Shown here: piece by piece, positions 16,865 to 26,412 of the stretch
Layout: every line of letters begins with the position of its first letter
Position numbering within the stretch: position 1 is the stretch's first letter
Assembly (NCBI GenBank): GCA_944392635.1
Contig: CALXXH010000002.1
Location: 1 to 35,892, forward strand
Reading direction: 5' to 3'
Length of the DNA: 35,892 bases
DNA from: an uncultured Clostridia bacterium
GTDB lineage: Bacteria; Bacillota; Clostridia; TANB77; CAG-508
Translations under genes and position numbers: made by a program
The notes under the pieces: generated by a model
Seen by the model: only the letters and a program-made list of their open reading frames with translations
Database searches by the model: none
What the model was told of the DNA's origin: nothing

Positions 16865-19800
16865 TTAGGAATTTTTAGCTCCGTTTCCTAATCCCTTTTT
16901 CTTAATTACAACTATTCCTACTGCTAATGCTATTAATGCTATAACTCCTACCGTAATTCCTACTATCACTGCTGTATTTGTTCCTGTAGGTGGTGTAATT
17001 ATTACTGTTTCTGCCATATCTTCATCTGTCTCTTTATCTCCTGTTCCAGGTATATAGTTACCTGGTGTTGATACTAAGTCTGCTCCTCCTGTTTTATCTA
17101 CTTCTACCATTTCTGTTTCATTATCATAAGAAATATCCTCTTCACTTGATGATAAAATTCTTGAAACATTTAACATCACATTTGCTGAAGCTGTTGGCTC
17201 TATTTGTGTATCTTTTAGCGCATCTGTATATAATATTGTTTTGTCATTTATTGTAGAAGTTTCATTTTGATATACATCTTCTGCTAATAAGTCTTTTACA
17301 TCATCTAGTTTTTTTACTTGCCACTCTGGATTTGCTTCATTATTAAATGCCCAATCTTTGTCTAGATAATCTATAATTCCAGTTGCACTAATTTTTACTA
17401 CATCTCCTTCTACAATTCCATATTTATAGAAGTTTTCTGATAAGTAATCTAACTCACTATTATTTGTTGCTATAAATTCATAACCTACTTCTAATGTCGC
17501 ACCTTGCATCATTTCATTATCTAATTCAACTCTTACAAGTCCATTATTTGGTTCTGTACTATCAGATGGTTTAATATATGTCACTCCTTGTTTTTCTCCA
17601 GTAATTGTTCCATCATCTTCAATAGTAACATTTGTTATAACTTGACCATTTGCAAGTGTAATTTTTAAGTTTCTAACTTTTTTAGCTAATCCTAAATCTT
17701 GTCTTGCTCTTTCTACAATTCCAAAGTCAACATTATCAATTCTATATGTATATCTATCTCCTGCTGATGCTGTTGTAGTTGTGTCATATTCTACACCTAT
17801 TCCCATTGTTGGTGTTGTAGAATCCATTTTATCTATAGTTGTAGTTGTTCCATTTTCTATATGCTTAATTTCATCATCTATTGCTAATCTTTGTTCATAA
17901 TCATCTAAAGCATCTGTATAACGAATATCTACATCTTTTTTATACCATTCTTTATCACTTTGGTCTCTATCTTTGTTATATACTGTACCTTTATAGTTTT
18001 GTACTGTATATGTTTCATTTCCCCAAGTGTATGTTAATGTATAGTCTCCTGGAATATATCCACTGATATAGAAATCTCCGTTACTATCAGTTGTAGCTGT
18101 ATATACTTTTCCACTTCCTGTATTTTCTGTTAATGTGATTTCTACTCCTTCTATTCCTAATTCTCCATCTTCATATTGTCCACTACCTTGACGTACCTCA
18201 CCTGTCATTAATTCTCCTGTTGTAGAATCTAAGAATACTTTACCTGCAATTTCTCTTGCGTCTGCAACTTCTAATTGTAATGATAAGCTTGCATCTGTGT
18301 CATCTTCATATGTTGATTTATCTTCTGGGTTACAAACTCCTGGGTTTGAGTCTTTATCTATACCAGCATATACATTACCATTTTCATCAAATACTGAATA
18401 TGAATTGATTTCTACAACATTATCAAGATTTTCTTGTCCATTTAATATATTAATTACTGCTTCTCTATTTAATTCAAATTGTACATATATAACTCCATCA
18501 TTTTGTGCCGTTGTTTGTGGATCTAATCTTGTATTGTTATAAATTATAACTTTGTTGTAATTTTCATTATATGTTCCATCTTCATATTCCATATTTCCAG
18601 TTACATTACCTTTTTCATCTACGCCTGTACCTATTCCAACTATACTATATCTACTATCATAATAATCAACTACACTATTTGCTTGAGTAATTAAATTTGT
18701 TGATTGATTTCTTATTGCAATTTTATATGTAATATATACTTTTAGTTCTTTGCTCTTATCTTGTTCATTTACATATTCATAATCTGCTTCATAAATTGCT
18801 CTTGTATATGGCTCTTGTGCATATTTTTCTCCAAATTTAACACCTACATTAAATCCTTCTCCACCATAGTTTTCTGGATGACTAAATCTTTGTGCATATT
18901 CATATGTATGTTCATATCCATTAACTGCAACTCTTACATTTTCAATATCTTTTGCAATTGCCATATCTGGTTGTTCTCTTTCATATAATCCTAAATTAAT
19001 ATATTTAATTTCCTCTTGTCCTTTCTCATAATTATTAATTAGGATAAAGTTTGCAACATCTGTATCTGCTATTATTGTATATTGTCCATTATTAATTAAT
19101 GTTGATTGATGTTGTACTGGATCATAGTTATATGACAATTGATGTTTTTCATTTCCTTCAGCATCTCTAGTATATCCCGTATTTTGTGTTCTTCCTTCTA
19201 CTACACTAAAGTTTTTATTAAATGCATCTCTATTTTCTGGATCTTCTGCTGATTTTGAGCCATTATCTTTATCTAAATGTGGTGTTACATTTGTATATGT
19301 TAATCCATCATATTCAAATTCAATATAGTAATCACCTAATTTTTCTAATAGAACATTTTCAAATAGGTATGAACCTCCATTTGAAGTTGTTGTTTCCATT
19401 ACAGTTGCACCTGTTGTTCTATCTTTTAGTCTTACTGGTACACCATCTAATAATATGTCATTAGTATCAAAATCATCATCATGATATAAGTCATTTCTTA
19501 TCCATTGTTTTTGGTCTTGTTTATCTACCCATACATAACCAGATAATTTAATACGTAATACAATGTTATAGTCAAAAGGTGTAGTAATTTCTTCTGTTGC
19601 TGTATATGGCTCTCTAATAATTAAGTTTTGTAAATATCCATTTGTAGCCTCTAAGAACCAAATTTTAACACCTTTAACATCTAATTTTGCACTTGCTGTA
19701 ACTTTTGTTATTCTAGTTACTCCTGTATCTGCTGGAACTGATATATAGAAATCTCTACCTGATGTAATTCCATCTACTCCATACCAGTATTCACTATTTC

Positions 19801-20455
19801 CATTAAAACTACTATATAATAATCCATTTATACTATTTCCATTTTGGTCAGCAACTGTTACACCTGTAATACTTCCTCCAAATGACCAGTTAAATGGTCC
19901 TATTCTCATATAATCTCTTCCGTCTTTATTATAAGTATGTACACTGATATTATCTTTATTAGTATTATCTGTTATACTTAAATTTCCTACTGTTCCTATA
20001 TAGTTACTAGATTCTGTATCTAACCAGTTTGAACTACCATTTTGGTTACTTGCAAATCCACTATATAATCCTGCATGATATTGTCCAACTGCTTGCATCC
20101 ATGTATACATGAAATTCCAAACAGCATTTGCAACTGGTCCACTTCCTTTTGATCCTCCATTGTCTTGTGATAGTATATATGCAAGTTTAGCATTATAATC
20201 ATGTGTAATTTGTTTTCCTGTATAGTCTGTTGAAGTTTTTCCTTTTATATCTACTTGTGAAATAACTCTATAATAGTTTATACTTCTTAATGCTTGATGA
20301 TGTTCCACACAATAGATATTAGGATCACTTAGATATTGATTATATGTTACTGCTAAATTTTGACCTACATAATATGCAGAACTTACAGTAGATAATCCAA
20401 ATAGTCCAACTATTGCAAATACTATACTAAGAACAATTTTCTTTATTTTACTCAT
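16865..20455 (-). CDS. B1: 1196-aa wall-anchored adhesin, homologous to B2, with a TPPTG sorting signal. Its head has the thioester-type Cys motif but no Gln at the aligned TQXA position.
   Basis: Track ORF, with AAGGAGG 9 nt before the ATG. The signal peptide is MSKIKKIVLSIVFAIVGLFGLSTVSSA. It contains NIYCVEHH, PVANAVW, YMRIGPFNWSFGG (compare B2 YVRVGPFNFSFAG) and IKLSGYVWVDKQ. It also contains GLYEREQPDMAIAKDI, DFGIVERARQDLGLAK and GKVFLDSTTGELMTGE...NGDFYISGYIPGDYTLTYTWG. Confidence 0.85.
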   Translation of the reverse strand: MSKIKKIVLSIVFAIVGLFGLSTVSSAYYVGQNLAVTYNQYLSDPNIYCVEHHQALRSINYYRVISQVDIKGKTSTDYTGKQITHDYNAKLAYILSQDNGGSKGSGPVANAVWNFMYTWMQAVGQYHAGLYSGFASNQNGSSNWLDTESSNYIGTVGNLSITDNTNKDNISVHTYNKDGRDYMRIGPFNWSFGGSITGVTVADQNGNSINGLLYSSFNGNSEYWYGVDGITSGRDFYISVPADTGVTRITKVTASAKLDVKGVKIWFLEATNGYLQNLIIREPYTATEEITTPFDYNIVLRIKLSGYVWVDKQDQKQWIRNDLYHDDDFDTNDILLDGVPVRLKDRTTGATVMETTTSNGGSYLFENVLLEKLGDYYIEFEYDGLTYTNVTPHLDKDNGSKSAEDPENRDAFNKNFSVVEGRTQNTGYTRDAEGNEKHQLSYNYDPVQHQSTLINNGQYTIIADTDVANFILINNYEKGQEEIKYINLGLYEREQPDMAIAKDIENVRVAVNGYEHTYEYAQRFSHPENYGGEGFNVGVKFGEKYAQEPYTRAIYEADYEYVNEQDKSKELKVYITYKIAIRNQSTNLITQANSVVDYYDSRYSIVGIGTGVDEKGNVTGNMEYEDGTYNENYNKVIIYNNTRLDPQTTAQNDGVIYVQFELNREAVINILNGQENLDNVVEINSYSVFDENGNVYAGIDKDSNPGVCNPEDKSTYEDDTDASLSLQLEVADAREIAGKVFLDSTTGELMTGEVRQGSGQYEDGELGIEGVEITLTENTGSGKVYTATTDSNGDFYISGYIPGDYTLTYTWGNETYTVQNYKGTVYNKDRDQSDKEWYKKDVDIRYTDALDDYEQRLAIDDEIKHIENGTTTTIDKMDSTTPTMGIGVEYDTTTTASAGDRYTYRIDNVDFGIVERARQDLGLAKKVRNLKITLANGQVITNVTIEDDGTITGEKQGVTYIKPSDSTEPNNGLVRVELDNEMMQGATLEVGYEFIATNNSELDYLSENFYKYGIVEGDVVKISATGIIDYLDKDWAFNNEANPEWQVKKLDDVKDLLAEDVYQNETSTINDKTILYTDALKDTQIEPTASANVMLNVSRILSSSEEDISYDNETEMVEVDKTGGADLVSTPGNYIPGTGDKETDEDMAETVIITPPTGTNTAVIVGITVGVIALIALAVGIVVIKKKGLGNGAKNS
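16868..16996 (-). other. B1 sorting signal: TPPTG + TM + KKKGLGNGAKNS.
   Basis: The TPPTG codons were verified at 16996..16982. They are followed by TNTAVIVGITVGVIALIALAVGIVVI and KKKGLGNGAKNS. Confidence 0.8.
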
Positions 20456-20475
20456 ATTTCTACATCCTCCTTCCT

Positions 20476-23400
20476 TTATATATCACCTTTTTTAGCTTTT
20501 TTTCTGTATATTACAATACCAATTCCTATTAATGCTAGTATTATAACAACTATTGCACTTATCATTATAGCTCCACCTGTTCTAATACTTAAGATAACAT
20601 CTGCACTACCTAAATCATTTTCTCCTGCTTCTTGATTTCCTGGTGTTGAGTTTACATCTTTAAGTCCTAGGTCATTATAATCCTCAGCAATTTCTGCTCT
20701 ATTGTTTATACGTCCTGTATTATCTTCTGTCATTGATTTTACTAATGTTAAAGTTACTGTTTTTGTTTCACCTGGTGCAATTGGTTCATTTGATAATACT
20801 GATGTATATATTCCATTTTCTGCTTGATACCAATCTTTGTTCATTTCTGAGTTAAATGTTAAATCACTTGGTATATAATCAACAATTTTTCTTGCATATC
20901 CTGTAACATCACCTACGTTTGTAACTTTTATTTGGAATTCAATAATTGCTGTTGTTCCATTTACTCTCTTTGCATCTATCTCAGCTTTTGCCATTGTTTC
21001 ATCTTGATATTCTTTTACTGTTGTTCCACTTGAATTTTGTAAAATTATTTTACTTACATATTTATCTAATTTCAAATCATAATTTTGTAATAAAGCAAGT
21101 CCAATATTTATATTTGAAATATTACCATTATTTACTTCTAATATATCTGTTGAAGCAACTTCTTGGTCAGTGTTTTCTATATTTAAAGTATTCATTAGTA
21201 CAGATGAATTATTATTATCTGCAATTCCTGCTGCTTTATATTTAGTTAATGTATATTTTGTATTATCATAATCAAATACTGCAATATATCTACCATTTGC
21301 TATTTTATCTAATACATATACACCATTTTCATTTGTTGTTGCTTCTAAAACATTTCCATCAGTTGTTTTTACAAAATTATTAGTTTCTGCATTTAATAGT
21401 CTAACCTTTATACCACTTAAAAGTTGTTCTCCTTCATCTTTGCTACCATTTGCATCTTCATCAAACCATGCAAGTCCTGTTATTGTCATATTACCTTTAG
21501 CAATATCATTATCATCTACATCATTATTTCCATTAAAGCTTCCATCATTTGCTTGAATAATATGATTAATCTCAGCCGTTGTTGCTACTCTTTCACCATA
21601 CACTTCTGCATACGCAACATTTGTAATTGCTTCTGCAGTTGTTCTTCCTGCTGAATAGTTAACTACTGTATTTATTACAATTGTTGCATCTTGATTTGCT
21701 TCAATTTGTACTGGTATTTCTAAGTTATTTGTTGTAATTCCTTCAACAGGTGCTCCATTTAGTGTTACACTTTCAATATTTAATTGTGAAGGTATATTAT
21801 CTTTTACTACTAATCCTGATGTTCTTGAAGTACTTGAGTTTTTAATATTAATTGTGTATTGTATTGTATCTCCTGCTTTTACATATTGACTTTCTGTTTG
21901 TGTTTCCATACTTAAATTAATATCAAAACTTTCAACTCTATCTTGCCATTCATTTGAGTTATATTCTTTTTGTCCATCATTTGCAATTACTGAGAATTGA
22001 ATATTATCTGCATTTGAATCTTTAATTGTCATATCATAACTTAAGACCTTTGATTGTCCTGCATCTAAACTACCTATACTAATTTCATCTTGATATTCAA
22101 TTTCTTCTGTTTGTATATTATTTGATGCTTCAGTTATTCCAGATTCTTCAGTTTCTGTAGCAACTACATCACTATCTGTATTATATATATCTCCATCTTC
22201 TTTTCCCATTCCTGTAATTAAGTTTAATCTGCTAACATCTAAGTTATTAGAAATGTTTGTATTTATTTTTACATCTTCAATATTACTATTAGAGATATTT
22301 TCAATAATTGCAAAATATTGTACTGCTCCTGATTCATATAAATCTACTTTTCTATCTGTTACACGTTTTACTGTAACTCTTAAATTTCCAGTTTCAGTTG
22401 TAAGTGTATTTGTATCAGTTTCTATTGTTGCTTCTCCATATTTAATTTGTGCTTTATTCTCAAGTCTTGTTCCTTCTTTAGTATCACTATCTACTCTTAC
22501 CTCATATGAAACTGTTTTTACTTCTCCTACTTCTAAACTATCAATTGTTGTCTTAAATTCTCTATCTTCTAATTCTTCATAATATGAAGCTCCTGTGTAC
22601 TCATAATTTTCTTCTGGTACAACCATTGTTGTTCCTTCTGGTACTTGTGCTGTAACTTCGATTCCAGTCATATTTTGTGAACCTGTATTTGAAACTTCTA
22701 TATTATATCGAATTACTTCTCCATTTTTTACATTTTGAGTAATTTCATTTCCTACACTTGTTGCAGATAATTTTGCATCCACCTTAGGTCCTACACCTGT
22801 TTCTAATGTAATCTCTGTTGAATCTATATTTCCTTCTACTGCAGTTTGTTCATTAGTATAACTTACATTATATGATTCTTTTGCTTGTTTGTTGTATTCT
22901 AAGTTTTCTGGATTTTCTATTGGGTATGAAAACTCAATACTTTCTCCTGTTGCTAAGCTATCTGCTACAACTAAATATTTTTTAGCATCTTGTGTAAATT
23001 CTGTACTCCATCCATTTGCATTATCATTTACATCATTTGTTGCATCTTCATTTTCTGTATAATATGTCTTAACATCTTCTTTACTTACTTGCATACCATT
23101 TAAAATCTTTGTTCCTAAATTGTTTGTTTTACTATCAGTTGGAAATGTACCAAGAATTTTTACATCTTTCATATTATTTTCATTTGTATTAATTACTTCT
23201 GCATTTACATTTAACTGATTTGGAACTTGCGCGCTAAGTAAGTTTACACTTGTATTTTCTTCTTGACCTGTAGTTTCTAATGAAATCTCAGGTATACTAT
23301 TAATTACAGCCATATCTTGTGGTGCAATTATTTTTATTCCTTGTTCTTGTCTTCCTTCATCTTGATATGAATGTGCAATTTCATTTTGATAATACATTGT

Positions 23401-25263
23401 AATTTTAGAATCTAGTGTTGCAGAATTTCTATTTAATTTTAAATTAGCATTAACTACTAATTCTGCTCCTTCAACTGCCATATCTTTATAGTTTGTTTGT
23501 TTTCCTTCTAATGTAACTACAATATTTCTTCCTTGAACATTATAACTTTTAAGCTTTAATTCTCCTTCATATAGAAGTTCTACACTTGTAATTTCAGCAC
23601 TTTGAACTTGTTCTGGTAATTCAAATGTAATTACTGGATTTTGATACAAGTCGTATTTTTCATTATTTGATAATAATGTGGCTCTCATTTCCACAGAATT
23701 ATCTACTACTGTTGATAAAGTGTTTTTATTTATCTCAAATTTACTTTGTGTTGTTGTTTCTTCTAATGTTATATTATTTTCTACTTGTCCTAAATCTTGT
23801 TTGTTATATCCTACTTTACTTATATATCCAACTTGTGAGATTTCAGCTATATTTGATGTTTCTGGAACAAGTTTTTTATAGTTTTTAATATTAAGAGTTC
23901 CTTCTGTTACTGGCTTTGATGTTTCAAATCTTATACTTGCTGGATCCCCACTATATGTAATAACTATATTTTTATCATCATCAATTTGACTTGATGCTGT
24001 AATTCTCCCTATTTCTTCATTATTTTGATTATATACAATTATTTCTCCAGTTTCTCCAAACAATTTATCAAAATTTTCTTTTGAGATAACTGATTTTGTA
24101 TATACTTCTTTTAATAAATTTTGATTAGCATTTTCAGTAATTTCTACACTATTTATTGCTTTTGCCAAATTTATATCTACACTAGTATTTGTAACATATT
24201 CTTTTTCTAATCCAGCATATAATCTTCCTTTATATATACTTGCTTCTTCTGGATATGATGAAATAGTTACAATACTATCTTTTTCTTCACCAGTCAAAGT
24301 AAGCTCTTTAGAAGCTGTTATTTCTTTATTGTCATATAATCTTACTTTTTGTTCTGTAGTAAATCTTTGACCATCCACGTTTGCATCATTATCATATATA
24401 AATGTTAATATAACTTTTTCATTTCCATCTGTTTTCCATTTAATTTCATTATTATTTGCTTCATTTGTAAATTTCATATTAACATTTGATCCATCTAAAG
24501 AATAATCATAATTTGTCATCGTATTAAGAGTTACAACTCTTGATATTTCTGGCATTTCTCCATTAATAGATGGAACTGCAAGTTTTGTTTCAATTTCTTT
24601 TATTGGATAATTATTATCTTTTAATCCTAATTTCCAAGATAATTGAACAACTCTTTTTTCTTGTCCATCTACTGACATTACTTTATTTGTAATTACTTCA
24701 ATATCATTTGATATATTCTCAGCTGTATAGTTTTCTGTAAGAGATAATTTTACTTCTCTTGTTGCCTCAATTGTTTTATCTCTCTCACTACTATCATAAT
24801 ATGTACCATCTAATTTAATTACATTTGTTTTATTCAAATTATCTAAATTAAATATTTCATCTTTATTTAATTCGATCTTTACTTTTGCATCTACTAATGT
24901 ATTTGCATTAATTTGATTAAATGTAATTGTATTTCCTTCTATTTTGTTTACATAGCTACTATCTGTATCTTTTAATGAAAAATTACTATCTTCTATTGTA
25001 ACCTTTCCATTGAAATATCCTTCTTGTTTTACTTGAATTTGCATATATAGATAGATATCTTCTTGATTAGCCATATCTACTGAAGATATTGCTTGATTAT
25101 CTCCATTTACAAAATATGCATCAAATTCAATATTTCTATTATTAGTTTCTACTGTACTTGCTGCATAACTAATAAGACTTGAACCAACAAATAAAAAGTT
25201 TGTTAATGTCAAAGTCATTATTAACAAAATAATCATACTTATTTTAAAAATTTTGTTTTTCAT
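20476..25263 (-). CDS. A1: ~1595-aa wall-anchored multi-repeat surface protein with an SIRTG sorting signal.
   Basis: Track ORF 20476..25281; AAGGAGG lies 8 nt before the ATG at 25263 (MKNKIFKISMIILLIMTLTLTNFLFVGSSLISYA). DUF11-like repeats are present (VKNGEVIRYNIEVSNTGSQNMTGIEVTAQVPEGT). An SdrD-B-like module is present (ITGLAWFDEDANGSKDEGEQ...NGVYVLDKIANGRYIAVFDYD). The terminal domain reads DLKLDKYV...VTNVGDVTG...DVNSTPGNQEAGENDLGSADVILSIRTG. Confidence 0.85.
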   Translation of the reverse strand: MKNKIFKISMIILLIMTLTLTNFLFVGSSLISYAASTVETNNRNIEFDAYFVNGDNQAISSVDMANQEDIYLYMQIQVKQEGYFNGKVTIEDSNFSLKDTDSSYVNKIEGNTITFNQINANTLVDAKVKIELNKDEIFNLDNLNKTNVIKLDGTYYDSSERDKTIEATREVKLSLTENYTAENISNDIEVITNKVMSVDGQEKRVVQLSWKLGLKDNNYPIKEIETKLAVPSINGEMPEISRVVTLNTMTNYDYSLDGSNVNMKFTNEANNNEIKWKTDGNEKVILTFIYDNDANVDGQRFTTEQKVRLYDNKEITASKELTLTGEEKDSIVTISSYPEEASIYKGRLYAGLEKEYVTNTSVDINLAKAINSVEITENANQNLLKEVYTKSVISKENFDKLFGETGEIIVYNQNNEEIGRITASSQIDDDKNIVITYSGDPASIRFETSKPVTEGTLNIKNYKKLVPETSNIAEISQVGYISKVGYNKQDLGQVENNITLEETTTQSKFEINKNTLSTVVDNSVEMRATLLSNNEKYDLYQNPVITFELPEQVQSAEITSVELLYEGELKLKSYNVQGRNIVVTLEGKQTNYKDMAVEGAELVVNANLKLNRNSATLDSKITMYYQNEIAHSYQDEGRQEQGIKIIAPQDMAVINSIPEISLETTGQEENTSVNLLSAQVPNQLNVNAEVINTNENNMKDVKILGTFPTDSKTNNLGTKILNGMQVSKEDVKTYYTENEDATNDVNDNANGWSTEFTQDAKKYLVVADSLATGESIEFSYPIENPENLEYNKQAKESYNVSYTNEQTAVEGNIDSTEITLETGVGPKVDAKLSATSVGNEITQNVKNGEVIRYNIEVSNTGSQNMTGIEVTAQVPEGTTMVVPEENYEYTGASYYEELEDREFKTTIDSLEVGEVKTVSYEVRVDSDTKEGTRLENKAQIKYGEATIETDTNTLTTETGNLRVTVKRVTDRKVDLYESGAVQYFAIIENISNSNIEDVKINTNISNNLDVSRLNLITGMGKEDGDIYNTDSDVVATETEESGITEASNNIQTEEIEYQDEISIGSLDAGQSKVLSYDMTIKDSNADNIQFSVIANDGQKEYNSNEWQDRVESFDINLSMETQTESQYVKAGDTIQYTINIKNSSTSRTSGLVVKDNIPSQLNIESVTLNGAPVEGITTNNLEIPVQIEANQDATIVINTVVNYSAGRTTAEAITNVAYAEVYGERVATTAEINHIIQANDGSFNGNNDVDDNDIAKGNMTITGLAWFDEDANGSKDEGEQLLSGIKVRLLNAETNNFVKTTDGNVLEATTNENGVYVLDKIANGRYIAVFDYDNTKYTLTKYKAAGIADNNNSSVLMNTLNIENTDQEVASTDILEVNNGNISNINIGLALLQNYDLKLDKYVSKIILQNSSGTTVKEYQDETMAKAEIDAKRVNGTTAIIEFQIKVTNVGDVTGYARKIVDYIPSDLTFNSEMNKDWYQAENGIYTSVLSNEPIAPGETKTVTLTLVKSMTEDNTGRINNRAEIAEDYNDLGLKDVNSTPGNQEAGENDLGSADVILSIRTGGAIMISAIVVIILALIGIGIVIYRKKAKKGDI
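20479..20589 (-). other. A1 sorting signal: SIRTG + TM + RKKAKKGDI.
   Basis: The SIRTG codons were verified at 20589..20575. They are followed by GAIMISAIVVIILALIGIGIVIY and RKKAKKGDI. Confidence 0.8.
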
Positions 25264-25307
25264 AATGATGGCCTCCTTCATTTTTCACATTTTTCCATCT
25301 ATTACAT

Positions 25308-25336
25308 ATTATATCGCATTTTTCCAGTTTTTTCAA
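25308..25336 (-). promoter_or_regulatory. Candidate sigmaA promoter of cassette 1.
   Basis: On the minus strand: TTGAAA (25336..25331), a 17-nt spacer, then TATAAT (25313..25308), about 45 nt upstream of the A1 ATG. Confidence 0.5.
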
Positions 25337-25531
25337 CAGTTCTGTTGGATTTTTTAAAGTTTTTATGTAACTTTATATAGGCAACAATAAAATTAAATAC
25401 ACCTTTTTGAAATATAATACATTATTTTTTTATATGTTATTTTCCTACAACAAGAACATATAATTTTGAAAAATCATATAATAAACATAGATTAATATAT
25501 TGTGAATATATTAAAATAAGAGGTGATTTTC

Positions 25532-26008
25532 TTGAATAATATGAATTTTGATGAAAATACAATAAACAAATTAAAAGATATGATGAATAAAGGAGAATTA
25601 AATGATGTTATTTCACAAATCCCACCAGAAATGATTCAAAACTTTTCATCGATGATGTCAAACTCTGGTAATAACAAAAATGAAAATAACAATTCTAATA
25701 ATAATAATAATATAAATAATGCTAATAGCAACACATCTAATAATAATTTTGATTTTAGTAATATTGATATGAATACTATATTAAAAATGCAATCTATTAT
25801 GAGTAAAATGAATAATTCAAATGACCCAAGATCAAATTTGCTATACTCTCTTAAACCATATTTAAGAGAAGAACGAAAAGCAAAGGTAGACCAATATGCA
25901 AATCTTTTAAATGTTGCTAAAATAGCTGAATTGTTTAATAATACTAATAACAACTCTAGTCAAAACATGAATAATAACAATAATAATAGAGAAGGGAATC
26001 CTAAATAA
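25532..26008 (+). CDS. Hypothetical Asn-rich protein.
   Basis: Track ORF 25523..26008 starts at a GTG inside the SD AGAGGTGA. TTG at 25532 (5-nt spacing) or ATG at 25541 is the more likely start. It has long poly-N/S low-complexity tracts flanking MNTILKMQSIMSKM and DPRSNLLYSLKPYLREERKAKVDQYANLLNVAKIAELF. I do not recognise the family. Confidence 0.55.
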   Translation: MNNMNFDENTINKLKDMMNKGELNDVISQIPPEMIQNFSSMMSNSGNNKNENNNSNNNNNINNANSNTSNNNFDFSNIDMNTILKMQSIMSKMNNSNDPRSNLLYSLKPYLREERKAKVDQYANLLNVAKIAELFNNTNNNSSQNMNNNNNNREGNPK

Positions 26009-26412
26009 TGCCTATTTTTCCTTTTTTTCAATATCCATATAATATAAATAGATATTATCCAAGGCACAATTCTTATACACAAAGAAATAACAATTTACCT
26101 AATACAAATGTAATTGAAAACGATTTAAATAAGAACATTAATAAGGACAATCAATATAACAAAGAAGAAACAAAAACAACAGAAGAAAGGAATTACTCCA
26201 AAAAACAAAAATCATCTAGATATTCTAGTTTTGGACCTATCTATTTTCAAAACCCATTATCTTTAGATAGTAACCAACCAGTTTTAGAAATACTAGGTAT
26301 TTCACTTTATCTAGATGATTTAATTATTCTAGGTTTACTATTTTTCTTGTATCAAGAAGGAGTAAAAGATGATATGCTTTTTTTGTCATTAATATTATTA
26401 CTTTTAAGTTAA
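26008..26412 (+). CDS. Hypothetical protein with an Asn/Lys-rich N-terminal half and a hydrophobic C-terminus.
   Basis: Track ORF. Its ATG overlaps the upstream TAA (TAATG), which suggests translational coupling. The C-terminus LEILGISLYLDDLIILGLLFFLYQEGVKDDMLFLSLILLLLS is membrane-like. Confidence 0.5.
   Translation: MPIFPFFQYPYNINRYYPRHNSYTQRNNNLPNTNVIENDLNKNINKDNQYNKEETKTTEERNYSKKQKSSRYSSFGPIYFQNPLSLDSNQPVLEILGISLYLDDLIILGLLFFLYQEGVKDDMLFLSLILLLLS

Noticed and set aside
17065-20202. ORFs inside B1: plus-strand 17065..17256, 17881..18066, 18297..18542, 18761..18988 and 19222..19464, and minus-strand 20020..20202.
   Set aside because: They are antisense or out-of-frame overlaps with the 1196-aa ORF. 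They are short and low complexity.
20946-23888. Plus-strand ORFs inside A1 (20946..21245, 21424..21654, 22253..22582, 23667..23888, 23678..23881).
   Set aside because: Antisense shadow ORFs.
25636-25953. Minus-strand 105-aa ORF opposite the Asn-rich gene.
   Set aside because: It is the antisense reading of AAT-rich repeats, which gives ILL/FLL runs. The plus-strand ORF has an SD and is coupled to the next gene.
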